Counted from the stretch's first letter, positions 48,368 through 59,411 are shown. The stretch: DNA of 64,000 nucleotides from an uncultured delta proteobacterium (GCA_963785725.1 CAWAWS010000005.1:1-64000), one strand, 5' to 3'. The notes: a model not told the origin generated them from the sequence alone. Program-made: numbers and translations.

Positions 48368-48844
48368 ATGGAAGTCCGTGAGCTCATGTCCGCCCCCGTC
48401 GCGACGCTGACGATCGACGACACGTTGAATTGCGCCGCCAAGATGATGCTCGATCTGGGGATCGGCTGCGTTCCGATCGTCGACCGTCACGGCGTGCTGG
48501 TCGGCATCCTGACCGACCGCGACATCGCGCTGGCCGGCTACGAGATCGGCGAGGCGTTCTGGCGGCTGCGCATCGACGGCAGCATGACCAAGCCGGTGCA
48601 CACCTGCCGCGCCGAAGACGACATCGCGGTCGCCGCGCAGCGCATGCGCGCTCATCGCGTGCGCCGACTGCCGGTCGTCGACGCCGCCGGCAAGCCGCTC
48701 GGCGTCATCTCGCTCGACGACCTGACGCACGCCTCGCGCCAGCCCCTGCTCGATCCGACGCCTGGCCTGACGTGCGACGAGATTGCCGGGCTCTACGAAG
48801 CGACGTCGGGCCGCACGAAGCACAGCCAAGACGGGCAAGGCTGA
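48368..48844 (+). CDS. CBS-pair protein
   Basis: IGCVPIV..GILTDRDI..VRRLPVV..SLDDL. Confidence 0.92.
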   Translation: MEVRELMSAPVATLTIDDTLNCAAKMMLDLGIGCVPIVDRHGVLVGILTDRDIALAGYEIGEAFWRLRIDGSMTKPVHTCRAEDDIAVAAQRMRAHRVRRLPVVDAAGKPLGVISLDDLTHASRQPLLDPTPGLTCDEIAGLYEATSGRTKHSQDGQG

Positions 48845-48923
48845 GCCCGCAATCGCGCGCGCCCTCCGTCCTCGTGGCGCGCGGCGCGCGATCATTCCTG
48901 CGCAGGCATCCGCGGAGGCTCAC

Positions 48924-49400
48924 ATGCACGTTCGCGAGCTGATGACGGCACCGGTAGAGACGCTGACCATCGATGACACCTTGAATCACGCGGCCAAGAC
49001 GATGCGGGATCACGCCGTCGGCTGCGTCCCGATCGTCGATCGTCGCGGCGTGCTCGTCGGCATGCTCACCGATCGCGACATCGCGCTGGCGGCGTACGAG
49101 CGCGGCGAGTCGCTGTGGCGATTGTCCGTCGAGTCCAGCATGCATCAGCCCGTGCACGCCTGCCGCGCCGACGACGCCGTGGCGACCGCGGCGGCGACGA
49201 TGCGGGCCTACCGCTTGCGGCGGCTGCCGGTCATCGACGCCGGGGGCAAGCCGATCGGCCTCATCTCGCTCGACGATCTCACGCACGCCTTGCATCGGCC
49301 CGACCTCGATCGGCCGCCCGGCTTGAGCGACGCCGACATCACCGGGCTCTACGAGGCGACGTCGGGCCGCAGCAAGCATCGCCGCACGGGTGGCCGATGA
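48924..49400 (+). CDS. CBS-pair protein (tandem paralog of 48368)
   Basis: Same motifs and the same LYEATSGR tail; both are 477 nt. Confidence 0.92.
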   Translation: MHVRELMTAPVETLTIDDTLNHAAKTMRDHAVGCVPIVDRRGVLVGMLTDRDIALAAYERGESLWRLSVESSMHQPVHACRADDAVATAAATMRAYRLRRLPVIDAGGKPIGLISLDDLTHALHRPDLDRPPGLSDADITGLYEATSGRSKHRRTGGR

Positions 49401-49859
49401 GCGGCCTCGGCAAGCTGCTGGTCGCGGTCGACTTCTCCGCCGAGCAGAAGGCGGCGCTGGCGCTGGCGGTGACCTTGGCTCGCCCGTTCGCAGCCGCGAT
49501 CGAGCTCCTTCACGTCTGGACGCCGCCGCCCTTGTTCGGCGAGCCGCTGATGGTGTGGACGGCCGCGGACGCGCCGCCCATCAGCCTCGAAGATCTGGCG
49601 CGCCAGCGCGCGGGCATGCACATGCAAGAGCTGGTCGACGAGCTGCATCGGGCCGGCTGCAAGCAAGCGCACGCGACCGTGGCGGTTGGCGACGCAGCCG
49701 ATCAGATTCTGCGCGCACGCCGCCAAGAGCCGCCCCGATCTGATCGTCATGGGCACGAGAGGTCGCACCGGTCTTGCGCACGTTCTACTCGGAAGCGTGG
49801 CCGAGCGCGTCGTACGCCATGCGCCCTGCCCCGTCGTCACGGTGCGCGCGTCACGCTGA
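49397..49859 (+). CDS. Universal stress protein, one frameshift near 49715
   Basis: LLVAVDFS... then in another frame DLIVMGTRGRTGLAHVLLGSVAERVVRHAPCPVVTV. Confidence 0.85.
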
Positions 49860-49880
49860 CGCTTCGCTCGTCCGCGCTCG

Positions 49881-49896
49881 CGGCACGCGCTTTGCT
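49881..49896 (+). promoter_or_regulatory. sigma-54 promoter
   Basis: CGGCACGCGCTTTGCT. Confidence 0.78.
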
Positions 49897-49919
49897 CACC
49901 CTGCCCTCGGAGGTCACAC

Positions 49920-50630
49920 ATGCGTGCAAACAAGATCCTGGTCGCGGTCGATTTCGGCGCGACCTCGTTGCTGGCAATGGAGACGGCGCTCGACTTCGCC
50001 CGGCGGCTCGACGCGTCGCTGGAGATCGTCCACGTCTGCCCGCGCGTTCCTTTCGAAGCGGAGACGAACGCGACGGCCCCGGCCTATATCGAGGACGCGC
50101 AGCGCGAGCTGTCGCTGCTCGGTGCACGCGCGGAGGCGGCGGGACTGAAAGCGGCCACCCACCTGCGGCAAGAGAGCGTCGTGTTCGGCCTGCTCGAAGC
50201 CATCGACGAGCTGCAACCCACGCTCATCGTGCTCGGCAGCCACGGCCGCGGCGGGCTGACGCGCGTGCTCTTGGGCAGCGTCTCGGAGGCCGTCGCCCGG
50301 CGTAGCCGAGTGCCGGTCCTGATCGTGCCCTCGCCCGAGCGCGACAAAGAGGCCGTCGCGCAGGCCTGGAGCTGCCGCGACTGCGGCCACATCCTCTCCG
50401 ACGGCGAGTCGACGACGACCTGCGCACGCTGCGGCGAATCGCCGGCGCGCTGGAGCTCGGCGCCGCTGGGCGGCGGCCCCGCCGACGCCGGCGAGCCCAC
50501 CGTCGGCATCGCGGTCGGCGATGAGAGCCAGTCGATCGTGACGCAGGATCCGGTCGAGCTGTTCGCGACCGCGCCCGCCGGCATCGGCGGCGGCACCACG
50601 AACGCCGAGCTGCGCATCCGTCGCTTCTGA
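49920..50630 (+). CDS. Universal stress protein with C-terminal rubredoxin/zinc-ribbon-like domain
   Basis: USP domain, then WSCRDCGH...TCARCGE. Confidence 0.88.
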   Translation: MRANKILVAVDFGATSLLAMETALDFARRLDASLEIVHVCPRVPFEAETNATAPAYIEDAQRELSLLGARAEAAGLKAATHLRQESVVFGLLEAIDELQPTLIVLGSHGRGGLTRVLLGSVSEAVARRSRVPVLIVPSPERDKEAVAQAWSCRDCGHILSDGESTTTCARCGESPARWSSAPLGGGPADAGEPTVGIAVGDESQSIVTQDPVELFATAPAGIGGGTTNAELRIRRF

Positions 50631-50732
50631 CTGTCACGCCCGCCCCGCGCGATAGCCGCGCCACCTCGACGCCATTCGCATCGCCCGAGACGTATGCCAG
50701 GTCGTGCCACGCCCGTCGCCGCCGACGCCGCA

Positions 50733-50832
50733 CGCAAGCGCTGCGTCGCCTGCGCCGGCCCTCCGCAACTCTTGCGCGGTCTTGCGGTTTCGCCCCGCGC
50801 GACCGCCGCGAAGAGTTGGCGCGGTTCGCGCA
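50733..50832 (+). promoter_or_regulatory. Paired activator sites + sigma-54 promoter
   Basis: CGCAAGCGCTGCG (50733), CGCAACTCTTGCG (50764), TGGCGCGGTTCGCGCA (50817). Confidence 0.68.
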
Positions 50833-50860
50833 GAGGCGAAGGCCATCGACGGAGGTTCCC

Positions 50861-51061
50861 ATGAAAGAAGCGATGGTTGCAGGCTCGAGCGCGATCAACT
50901 GGACCGGTGTCGCGGTGATCGCCGGTGGTGGCGCGGCCGTGCTCCTGACCGACGTGTTGCTGGGAGCGCCGATGGCCGGATGGCACAGCGCGCTGGCTGC
51001 CTCGGGATTGGCGGGCGGGATTACGGCGGTGCTCGCCTACGTGTTCTCGCACGGTCATTAG
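50861..51061 (+). CDS. Small 2-TM membrane protein
   Basis: SD GGAGG, 66 aa, two Gly/Ala-rich hydrophobic helices. Confidence 0.7.
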   Translation: MKEAMVAGSSAINWTGVAVIAGGGAAVLLTDVLLGAPMAGWHSALAASGLAGGITAVLAYVFSHGH

Positions 51062-51210
51062 TCGGACAAGCTCCCGACCGCCCGCTTCCACCGCGCCGGC
51101 GGCGCTGCACGAGCTCGCGCTCGACCTGCGCTGGACGTGGAGCAGCGCCGCCGCCGAGGATTGGCCGCCGGCGTGGCACGGGCGCCGGCGGCCGTCGTTC
51201 TCGCCGGGCT

Positions 51211-53779
51211 TCAGCGGATGAGCTTGCGCATCAGTCGCCCCTTGACCAGCTCGACCAACCCCAAGTAAGTGAGCGTCGCCAGCGTCAAGAAGGCGAAGAA
51301 CGGCAGCGGCAACGGCACGAAGCCGAGCGCGCCCGCCAGCGGCGAATAGGGCAGCGCCAGCGCCACCGCCGTCGCGCCCAGCGTCGTCAGCACGAGCGCC
51401 GGGCTGGGCCGATTGCGCCACGGCCGCCCAACGGTGCGAATGACGAACAGCACCAGCGTCTGCGTCGCCAGCGACTCGACGAACCAGCCCGTGTGAAACA
51501 GCCGCTCGGACGCGTGAAACAGCCGCAGCAGCACGAAGAAGGTCAGAAAGTCGTAGATCGAGCTGAGCGGGCCGATCCACAGCATGAAGCTGCGAATCGC
51601 GCCGATGTCCCACTTGCGCGGCTTGATCGTGTAGGCCGGGTCGACGCGATCGAGCGGGATCGTCAGCTGCGCCAGGTCGTAGAGGAAATTATTGAGCAGG
51701 ATCTGCGTCGGCAGCATCGGCAGGAACGGCAAGAAGAGCGACGCGCCCGCCATCGACAGCATGTTGCCGAAGTTGGAGCTGGTGCCCATGAGCAGGTACT
51801 TGAGCACGTTGCCGAAGGCGCGCCGCCCCTCGACGATGCCGGTATGCAGGACGTCGAGGCCCGGCCGCATGAGGATGACCTCGGCGGCGTCGCGCGCCAC
51901 GTCGACGGCGCTGGCGACCGAGATGCCGACATCGGCGGCGCGCAAGGAAGGCGCATCGTTGATGCCGTCGCCGAGGAAGCCGACGACGTGGCCGCGACTC
52001 TTGAGCGCCATCAGAGATCCGGTTCTTCTGCCCGGGGCTCAGCCGCGCGAACAGCGCCACCTCCTCGGCGCGCTTGCCCAGCGCCGCGTCGGTCAGCCGA
52101 CCGATGTCGGCGCCCGAGAGCACATCGTCGACGGGCAAGCCGACGCGCGCGCAGACATGACGGGCAACGGGCTCGTTGTCGCCGGTGAGGATCTTGACCA
52201 CGACGCCGTCGGCGCGCAGCCGCTCGAGCATGGCCGCGGCGTCGTCGCGAGGCGGGTCGCAAAAGGCGAGGAAGCCGAGGAGCGTGAGGTCGCGCTCGTC
52301 GCCGGCGTCGAGCCCGTCCGGGCGTGTGACCGCGGCGATCGCCACCGCCAGCACGCGCAACCCCTCTTCGCCGAGCGCACCGAAGGTCGCTTGCGCGCGC
52401 GCCTGCTCGGCGTCATCGAATGGGATGCGGCGACCGTCGCGCTCGACCGCGCTGCACAGCGGCAGCACCGACTCCGGCGCGCCCTTGGTGACGAGCAGAT
52501 GCTGCGCGTCGTGCTGCAAGACGACGGAGACGCGCCGGCGCTCGAAGTCGAACGGGATCTCGTCCGTCTTGCGCCAACCTTCGGCCGGCGTGCACGGTCG
52601 CGCCAGGATGGCGGCGTCGAGCGGGCTCTTGATGCCGGTCTCGTAAACCGCGTTGAGATAGCCGTGCTCGAGCACACGCGGCGCGTCGTTGCCGGCGATG
52701 TCGACGGTGCGCTCGAGCGCGGTCGAGCCGGTGGTGAGCGTGCCGGTCTTGTCGCTGCACAACACATCGATGCTGCCGAGGTTCTGGATCGCCGCCAGCT
52801 GCTTCACGATCACGTGCGCACGGCCCATGCGCACCGCGCCGCGCGCCAGCGTCACCGTCGTGATCATGGGCAGAAACTCGGGCGTCATGCCGACGGCGAG
52901 CGCGACGGCGAACAGCAGCGACTGAAAGGCGTCGCGATGCAGCAGCACGCTCACCATCACGATGAACAGCACGAGAAACAGCACGGTGCGCGCGATGAAG
53001 AGGCCGAACTGCCGCGTGCCGCGCTCGAACTCCGTCGGCGGCGGGTGATGCGCCAGCCGGGCAGCGATGTCGCCGAAGGCGGTGGCCGCGCCGGTAAAGG
53101 CCACCCGCGCCGTCGCCGTGCCGCTGACGACGGAAGTGCCGAGGAAAACCATGTGCGCCGCGTCGGCGTCGCGCGAGACCGGCAGCACCCCCGAGCGCTT
53201 CTCGACCGGCAGCGACTCGCCCGTCAGCGCCGCCTGCGCCACATGCAAATCGTGGGATGACAAGAGCCGGCAGTCGGCGGGGACCAAGTCTCCCGCGCAC
53301 AGCTTGACGAGATCGCCGGGGACGATTTCGCGGCGCGGCAGCTCTTGCCAACGACCGTCGCGCATGACGGTCGCCGTCGGCGCGACCGTCGCCTGCAGAC
53401 GCTCCACGGCGCGCGCCGAGCGATAGGTCTGCACGAAGTCGATGGCGATGCCGAGCACGACCATGAGCCCGATGATCGCCGCGTCCACGCGTTCGCCGAG
53501 CACGGCCGAGACCACCGCGGCGATGGCCAAGAGAAGTATCAACGGGCTGGCCGCGAAGTGACCGAGCGCTCGCAAGGGCGACCACCGGTCGGCCGTCGCC
53601 GATTCATTGAAGCCGTGACGCTCGCGCAGCGCGCGCGCCGCTTCGTCGGTCAGTCCGGCGTCGTCAGCGGCGGCGGATTCGCCGCCGGGCGCAGCCGCCT
53701 CGTTCGCCAGCGACGACCCCGCGATCCCCGAAGCGGCGGCGCGGCGATCGCGAGCAGAGACGCGAGTGACAGGGCGCAT
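51211..53779 (-). CDS. mgtA: Mg2+-importing P-type ATPase, one frameshift near 52012
   Basis: LTGES, PEFLPMI, DKTGT, IPFDFERRR, TKGA, TGDN; continues GDGINDA, SSNFGNMLS, QILLNNFLYD, TGWFVES. Confidence 0.9.
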
Positions 53780-53791
53780 GTCGAACGCCGA

Positions 53792-54003
53792 TGCGAGGCC
53801 CGCGCCAACGGATTCGCCGCGGAGCTCGCCGATCGGCGCATCCCGAGCGCGGACGTTGGAAGAACCGTGCCGTCGCCAACGCTCGACTGCCCTGGCCGCA
53901 TGACCCAGCGTCGCGCAACCTTGGCGCCCGGATCAGCCGGAAGCCGCAAAGTCTGCGCGCATTCGACGGGTCGACGCCATCTGCGCCTGGCATCGCGCTC
54001 GCT
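53792..54003. promoter_or_regulatory. Divergent sigma-54 promoters with central activator pair
   Basis: Minus TGGCGCGGGCCTCGCA (53792-53807); CGCAACCTTGGCG (53914) and CGCAAAGTCTGCG (53945); plus TGGCATCGCGCTCGCT (53988-54003). Confidence 0.68.
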
Positions 54004-54015
54004 AAGAGCCGCGCC

Positions 54016-55130
54016 ATGCAAACGATCGCGGTCTTCATCATCCTGAGCGCGCTCTCCTGTCTGGCCTGGCAGTGCCGGCGTCTGTTTCAGTCCGCGCAAT
54101 CCCGCGTCGCCCGACCGTCGGTGCCGCGCGGTCATCCTGCGTTGACGATGGTGCGCCCCGTGCGCGGGCTCGACTTCGGAGCGCGCGCGAGCATCGAGAC
54201 GCTGCTGACGAGCGCCTATCCCGGAACGCTCGAGCTCATCCTCGTCCTCGACGATGACGATCCGGCGCTGCCGATGGTGCGCGCCCTAGTCCGACGCCAT
54301 CGGCAGCGCCATCCGGAGGCGTGCGTCAGGTCTTGCTCGCGGGCGCGCCGCCGGCCGGATGCTCGGGCGAGCTGCACGCGATGTCGGTCGGCGCGCGGCA
54401 CGCCACCGGCGCGCTCATCGGCTTCAGCGACTCCGACACGCGGCTCGAGCCGCAACAGCTGCATGCGATGGTCGACGAGCTGCTCGCCGAGCCGAGCGCC
54501 GGCGACGTCTTCGCGCCCACCGTCGCCACCACGTCCCCACGCACGCTCGGCGAGGCCGGCGCCGCACTCTTGGTCAACCGCTGGTATGGCACCGTCGCCG
54601 CTGCCACGGCCGGACCAGCGCAAACGCTGCCCTTACTCACCGGTCCGCTCATGATCTTTCGCCGCGAAGCGCTCGACGCGATCGGGGGATCGGCTGCGCG
54701 GACAGCCAGCTCGTCGCCAAGATGGCGCTCGGCGGTCGCGTCGTCGCATGCGGCTATCGCAACCTCGTGAGCCGCTATCCGCTGCGCCTCGTCACCGAGT
54801 CGCTCGGCCTGTCGGGTCTCGTCGGGTTCATGCGCCGTTGGCTCCTGGTCTCGCGCAGCGGTCTGCCGGCGCGCCTCGCGCGTCCAGTGTGGCTGCACGA
54901 TTTGGCGCTCGGCGTCACGCTGGCGGCGCTCTGCGGCGCGCTCGTCGCCGGCTGGGTCGGCGTCGCCACGTTCGCGGCGCTCACGCTCGCCATTGGCTGC
55001 CTCGGTGACATCCTCTTGCATCAGGAGCTCGGCGGCGCACCCGTCCCTGTCAAGTGGTGGTGGGTCAGCCTGTTGATGGCGCTGCTCGGCCCGTTTGCGT
55101 TCGCGTCGCTGCTCTTCGGTCGTCGTGCTG
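54016..55130 (+). pseudogene. Decayed duplicate of the 35940 glycosyltransferase
   Basis: Colinear paralog split over three frames (breaks near 54325 and 54690); GKLH changed to GELH, VDDM to VAKM; terminal WRGRDY lost. Confidence 0.8.
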
Positions 55131-55152
55131 GCCGCGCGGCCGGCGTTGGGCG

Positions 55153-56805
55153 TCAGGCGTCGCCCGAGCCGAGGACGTCGTCGACGATCGCGCGCGCTTC
55201 GTCCTGGATCTGCGCGAGGTGGTCGCGACCGCGAAAGCTCTCGGCGTAGATCTTGTAGACATTCTCGGTCCCCGACGGGCGCGCCGCGAACCAGCCGTTC
55301 TCGGTCGCGACCTTGAGACCGCCGATGGGCTCGCCGTTGCCAGGCGCGTGGCTCAGCTTGGCGACGATGGGCTCGCCCGCCAACATGACGGCGCCGACCT
55401 CGGCCGGCGTGATGTGCTTGAGCCGCTCCTTTTGCGCTGCGCTCGCCGGGCTGTCGACTCGCGCGTAGACCGGATCGCCGAGCTCGGCGGTCAGGCGGCG
55501 ATAGCGTTCGCCGAGGTCGTCACCGGTGACCGCGCGAATCTCGGCCGCGAGCAGCGCGAGCAGGATCCCGTCCTTGTCGGTCGTCCAGGCGCTGCCATCG
55601 CGACGCAAGCAGGCCGCGCCCGCGCTCTCCTCGCCTGCGAAGCCGAGCGTGCCGTCGAAGAGACCGCCGGCGAACCACTTGAAGCCGACCGGGACCTCGA
55701 CGAGCGGCCGGCCGAGCTTGGCGGCGACGCGCTCGATGAGGCTGCTCGACACCAACGTCTTGCCGATAGCCAAGCCCGCGCGCCAGTCGGGTCGATGCGT
55801 GAACAGATATTCGATGGCGACCGCCAAGTAGTGGTTGGGGTTGAGCAAGCCCACCGACGGGACGACGATGCCGTGCCGATCGGCGTCCGTGTCATTGCCG
55901 AACGCGAGGTCGTGGCGGTCCTTGAGCTCGACGAGGCCCGCCATCGCCCACGGCGACGAGCAGTCCATCCTGATCTTGCCGTCGTGATCGACGCGCATGA
56001 AGGAGAAGGTCGGGTCGACACAATCGTGCACGATCGTCAGATCGAGCCGGTAACGCTCGGCGATCGGCGCCCAATAAGCCACGCTGGCGCCGCCCAGCGG
56101 ATCGACGGCCAGCGACAGCTTGGCCGCGCGCACCGCCTCGAGGTCGATGACGGACGCGAGATCGGCCACGTAGCCGCCGACGTAATCGTGCCGTCGTGTG
56201 GTCGCGGCCGAAAGCGCGCGCGCATAGGGAATCCGTCGCACATCGCGATTGCCGGCCGCGAGGAGCGCGTTGGCGGTGCGCTCGATGAAGGTCGTGATCG
56301 CGCCTTCGGCGGGGCCGCCGTGCGGTGGGTTGTACTTGAAGCCGCCGTCCGCGGGCGGGTTGTGCGATGGCGTCACGACGATGCCGTCGCCGTGACCGCT
56401 CTGTCGACCGCGATTGTGCGTGAGGATGGCGTGCGAGATGACGGGCGTCGGCGTGTAGCCGTCGGCGGCGTCGATGCGAACCTCGACCCCGTTGGCCGCC
56501 AACACCTCGAGCGCGCTGACCTGCGCCGGCTCCGACAAGGCGTGGGTGTCCTTGCCCAAGAAGAGCGGTCCCTCGATGCCCACGCTCTTGCGATAGAGAC
56601 AAATGGCCTGCGTGATGGCCAGGATGTGGTCCTCGTTGAACGTGCCGTCGAGGGCCGAGCCGCGATGGCCGGACGTGCCGAAGGCGACACGCTGCCCGGG
56701 CTCGCCCGGATCGACGCGGACTGCGTAATAGGCGGTGACGAGCCGCGGGACGTCGACGAGGATGGACCGCGGTGCGAGCTGGCCTGCGAGCGGATGTGGG
56801 CTCAT
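55153..56805 (-). CDS. pgm: Phosphoglucomutase
   Basis: [34 protein letters not shown]. Confidence 0.95.
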   Translation of the reverse strand: MSPHPLAGQLAPRSILVDVPRLVTAYYAVRVDPGEPGQRVAFGTSGHRGSALDGTFNEDHILAITQAICLYRKSVGIEGPLFLGKDTHALSEPAQVSALEVLAANGVEVRIDAADGYTPTPVISHAILTHNRGRQSGHGDGIVVTPSHNPPADGGFKYNPPHGGPAEGAITTFIERTANALLAAGNRDVRRIPYARALSAATTRRHDYVGGYVADLASVIDLEAVRAAKLSLAVDPLGGASVAYWAPIAERYRLDLTIVHDCVDPTFSFMRVDHDGKIRMDCSSPWAMAGLVELKDRHDLAFGNDTDADRHGIVVPSVGLLNPNHYLAVAIEYLFTHRPDWRAGLAIGKTLVSSSLIERVAAKLGRPLVEVPVGFKWFAGGLFDGTLGFAGEESAGAACLRRDGSAWTTDKDGILLALLAAEIRAVTGDDLGERYRRLTAELGDPVYARVDSPASAAQKERLKHITPAEVGAVMLAGEPIVAKLSHAPGNGEPIGGLKVATENGWFAARPSGTENVYKIYAESFRGRDHLAQIQDEARAIVDDVLGSGDA

Positions 56806-56899
56806 GACTCTCCTGATCGGGCGGCGACGACGACTGTACTCGAAGCGAGCCGTCACTGCCGATCAGCGTGCGCGCCGCGACCACGATGCAGCCGTGCGA

Positions 56900-57337
56900 C
56901 TATGGCGCGGCCGCGCGCAGCTTGACCGGACGGCGACGCCGGCGCGCTCGGCTCAACAGCTCGCTCAGCGCACGCAAGGCGTCGATCGTGGTCAAGATGC
57001 CGACGACCTTCTCGTGCTCGACCACGATCATAGAGCCGAGCTTGTGTTGCGCCATCTCGGCGGCGGCCCACTCGAGTGAGCTGTCGGGCGAGATGACATG
57101 CGGTGCCGCCGTCATCGCCTCGGATACGACGACCCGCGCCAAGTCGACAGCCGGCAGCGCGCCCACCAGCGCGACGTCGCGCGCGGAGAGGATGCCGACG
57201 AGTCGGCCGCCGTCCAGCACCGGCAGATGGCGGAATCCGTGGAGGCGCATCCGCTCGGCCGCCTCTGCCAGCGGCTGGTCGGCGCCGATCGTCTGCGGGG
57301 CAGCCGTCATGAACGCACGAATCGTGAGCTTGTCCAT
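56900..57337 (-). CDS. CBS-pair protein
   Basis: FRHLPVL..GILSARD..GILTTID; upstream TGGCTCGCCCGCTGCA (57350-57365). Confidence 0.9.
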   Translation of the reverse strand: MDKLTIRAFMTAAPQTIGADQPLAEAAERMRLHGFRHLPVLDGGRLVGILSARDVALVGALPAVDLARVVVSEAMTAAPHVISPDSSLEWAAAEMAQHKLGSMIVVEHEKVVGILTTIDALRALSELLSRARRRRRPVKLRAAAP

Positions 57338-57373
57338 GCTCGCGTCCAATGCAGCGGGCGAGCCAGCGGCCGC

Positions 57374-57793
57374 TTACTCGCGGACGACGAGCACCGACTG
57401 CTTGGCGTGGTCGACCACCTTCGCCGCGGTCGTGCCGAGCAGCCGATCGACACCGCCATAGCCGTGCGAGCCGATCACGACGAGCGCCGCGCCTTCGTCG
57501 CGCGCGGCGTCACAGATGACGTGCCACGGCACGCCGACCTCGACGCGAAGCTTGGCGACCACCTCGGGCGGCAGCTCGGCCGCGCGCGCCGCCAGCGCCG
57601 CGCGTGCCTCGCGCTCGAGCGTGGCCACGACCTCGTCCGGGCGCACCGTCAACAGGTGCGGCGGCAGCTCGACCGGCCGCGTGACGGCGCGCAAGAGCAC
57701 GAGCTGGTCCCCGAGCCGGGTGAGCCGCAGCGCCGCGCGCAACACGGCCGGCTCCCGCGGTGAGCCATCCAGTCCTACGATAATCTCGGGCAT
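57374..57793 (-). CDS. Universal stress protein
   Basis: IIVGLDGS..LVVIGSHGYGG..LGTTAAKVV. Confidence 0.92.
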   Translation of the reverse strand: MPEIIVGLDGSPREPAVLRAALRLTRLGDQLVLLRAVTRPVELPPHLLTVRPDEVVATLEREARAALAARAAELPPEVVAKLRVEVGVPWHVICDAARDEGAALVVIGSHGYGGVDRLLGTTAAKVVDHAKQSVLVVRE

Positions 57794-57822
57794 CTCGCGC
57801 TCCTCCAAAACCTGGGCGAGTC

Positions 57823-58458
57823 TCAGGCGGCATGGCCACCCTGACGCGCGAGCCAGCGGGTCACGTCGAGTGTCGTGACCAGCCCGACGATCTCCAGATG
57901 GCCCGCGGTCACGAGGACGTGATGCACCCCTTCCGTCGCCATCAGCGCCGCTCCTTGCAGAAGTGAGACGTGCTCGTCGACCATGAACGGAATGGGCATC
58001 ATGACCTCGTCGACGGTCCGGGCATCGCTGCCGAGGGCCAGCGCGCCCAAGAGGTCGGAGCGCGCCAGCATTCCAACCGGGCGTCCGCCTGGGCCGACGA
58101 CAGGCGCTCCGCTCAGGCCTCGCTCGATGAGGAGTGTCCGTGCGTCGCCGCAACCGACGCTGGCCGCCAGGCAGACGCACGATTCGCCCATGACCTCGCC
58201 CATGGTCGGGATGGTCAGGGTGAGCGTCTCGGTCGCGGCGGCCGGCGACGGCGGCGCCGACGCGCACAGCACGGCGCGAATCCCATTCTGATCGAGCCGC
58301 AGCCCATGACTGCGCTGGCAGGCGTGGCAGCGATCGAGCGAGCAGGTCGCACCTCGCTCGGGGCAATGCACCACCAGCGCGCGCTCGCATGCGCCTCGCT
58401 TGTAATAGGTCGATCGAACGCGCACGCCAATCTGCGTCAACGTCGTGGGCGGGCTCAT
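57823..58458 (-). CDS. CBS-pair protein with N-terminal Cys-rich domain
   Basis: HCPERGATCSLDRCHAC..VLC, then LSGAPVV..GMLARSDLL..GLVTTLDV. Confidence 0.85.
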   Translation of the reverse strand: MSPPTTLTQIGVRVRSTYYKRGACERALVVHCPERGATCSLDRCHACQRSHGLRLDQNGIRAVLCASAPPSPAAATETLTLTIPTMGEVMGESCVCLAASVGCGDARTLLIERGLSGAPVVGPGGRPVGMLARSDLLGALALGSDARTVDEVMMPIPFMVDEHVSLLQGAALMATEGVHHVLVTAGHLEIVGLVTTLDVTRWLARQGGHAA

Positions 58459-58482
58459 CGTGCACCTCCACGTCATCCGCTA

Positions 58483-58573
58483 TGAGAAAAGCGTGCCGGC
58501 TAAAGGGCGCGATGGACCCTGATCTTTCGCGCAAACGCTGCGCCCGCCGGCAGATCGCGCGCCAAATCGTGCG
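58483..58573 (-). promoter_or_regulatory. Variant sigma-54 promoter + activator pair
   Basis: CGGCACGCTTTTCTCA (TC instead of GC at -12); CGCAAACGCTGCG (58530) and GCCAAATCGTGCG (58561). Confidence 0.5.
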
Positions 58574-58601
58574 CGGGTCGCCGCTCGGTTGCGCGTCGGC
58601 T

Positions 58602-58763
58602 TCAGCGTTTCGCGGGGCGCCTTCGTTTGCGCGCGATGGTCGCGGCCGACGCCTTCTTGCTCTTGCCGGCTTTGGCGCGGGTCGTGCGCTGTTTGCGCGC
58701 GGCCGGGATGAAGATCGAGAGCTCGTGAATCAGATCGTCTTCGGAGTCTTTCTGCTTGGTCAT
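58602..58763 (-). CDS. Small basic protein
   Basis: GAGG SD; 53 aa with an acidic start and a Lys/Arg/Ala-rich tail. Confidence 0.45.
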   Translation of the reverse strand: MTKQKDSEDDLIHELSIFIPAARKQRTTRAKAGKSKKASAATIARKRRRPAKR

Positions 58764-58913
58764 ACGCGCCTCAGCTTGATCATCGCTCGCCGCCGTGCAG
58801 GCGCCTCCGCGACGATACATTGCGCAACGTCTTCGCTTTCATTCGTCATGACAGGTCGTGGCGCCGCGTTTCGTCGAGGCGGAGGAGGAGCGCGACCGTG
58901 TCCTCGCGACCGC

Positions 58914-59411
58914 TCATGACGCATGCTCGGTCACGACCGGCGTCACTGTCCTCGCCTCTTGGACCGCCGCCGCGCGAATCGTCAGCACCGGAATCGGCGA
59001 GCGCCGCATGACCGCCTCGGCGATCGAGCCCATCAAGAGGCGACGCAAGCCGGTGCGCCCGTGCGTACCCATGACGATGAGATCGTAGTGGCCCGATTCG
59101 GCCAGCCGCAGAATCTCGTCTGCCGGCGCGCCCATCAACGCCTGCGCCGTCACCTCGATGCCGGCGGCGCGCGCGACGACCGCTGCGCGCGCCTGCGCCA
59201 GCGCCGTCTCGGCGCGCTCGGTCACCCCCCACAGCTCGTCGGCGGTCGCCGGGAACGCGCTGCCGTCGGGCAGGATGATGCCCGGCGGACCGTACACGTG
59301 CACCAGCTCGATCGCGCCACCGGCGGTCGGAGCCAAGGCGACGGCCACCTCGGCGGCGGGCATGGCGTTGGCCGAGAAGTCGGTGGGTACCAGAATTCGC
59401 TTGAATCGCAT
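58914..59411 (-). CDS. Universal stress protein
   Basis: ILVPTDFS..DLIVMGTHGRTG..MGSIAEAVMR. Confidence 0.93.
   Translation of the reverse strand: MRFKRILVPTDFSANAMPAAEVAVALAPTAGGAIELVHVYGPPGIILPDGSAFPATADELWGVTERAETALAQARAAVVARAAGIEVTAQALMGAPADEILRLAESGHYDLIVMGTHGRTGLRRLLMGSIAEAVMRRSPIPVLTIRAAAVQEARTVTPVVTEHAS

Noticed and set aside
50695..50709. Minus-strand sigma-54 promoter TGGCACGACCTGGCA
   Set aside because: GG-to-GC spacing is 9 rather than 10, and no gene follows on that strand
52005..52020. Programmed frameshift in mgtA (also considered for napC)
   Set aside because: No slippery heptamer evident; indel error is more parsimonious
37752..56925. Long alternative-frame ORFs (for example 37752-39335, 38843-40363, 40363-41751, 50084-51613, 55054-56925)
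   Set aside because: Shadow ORFs typical of high-GC DNA, overlapping well-supported genes and lacking motifs
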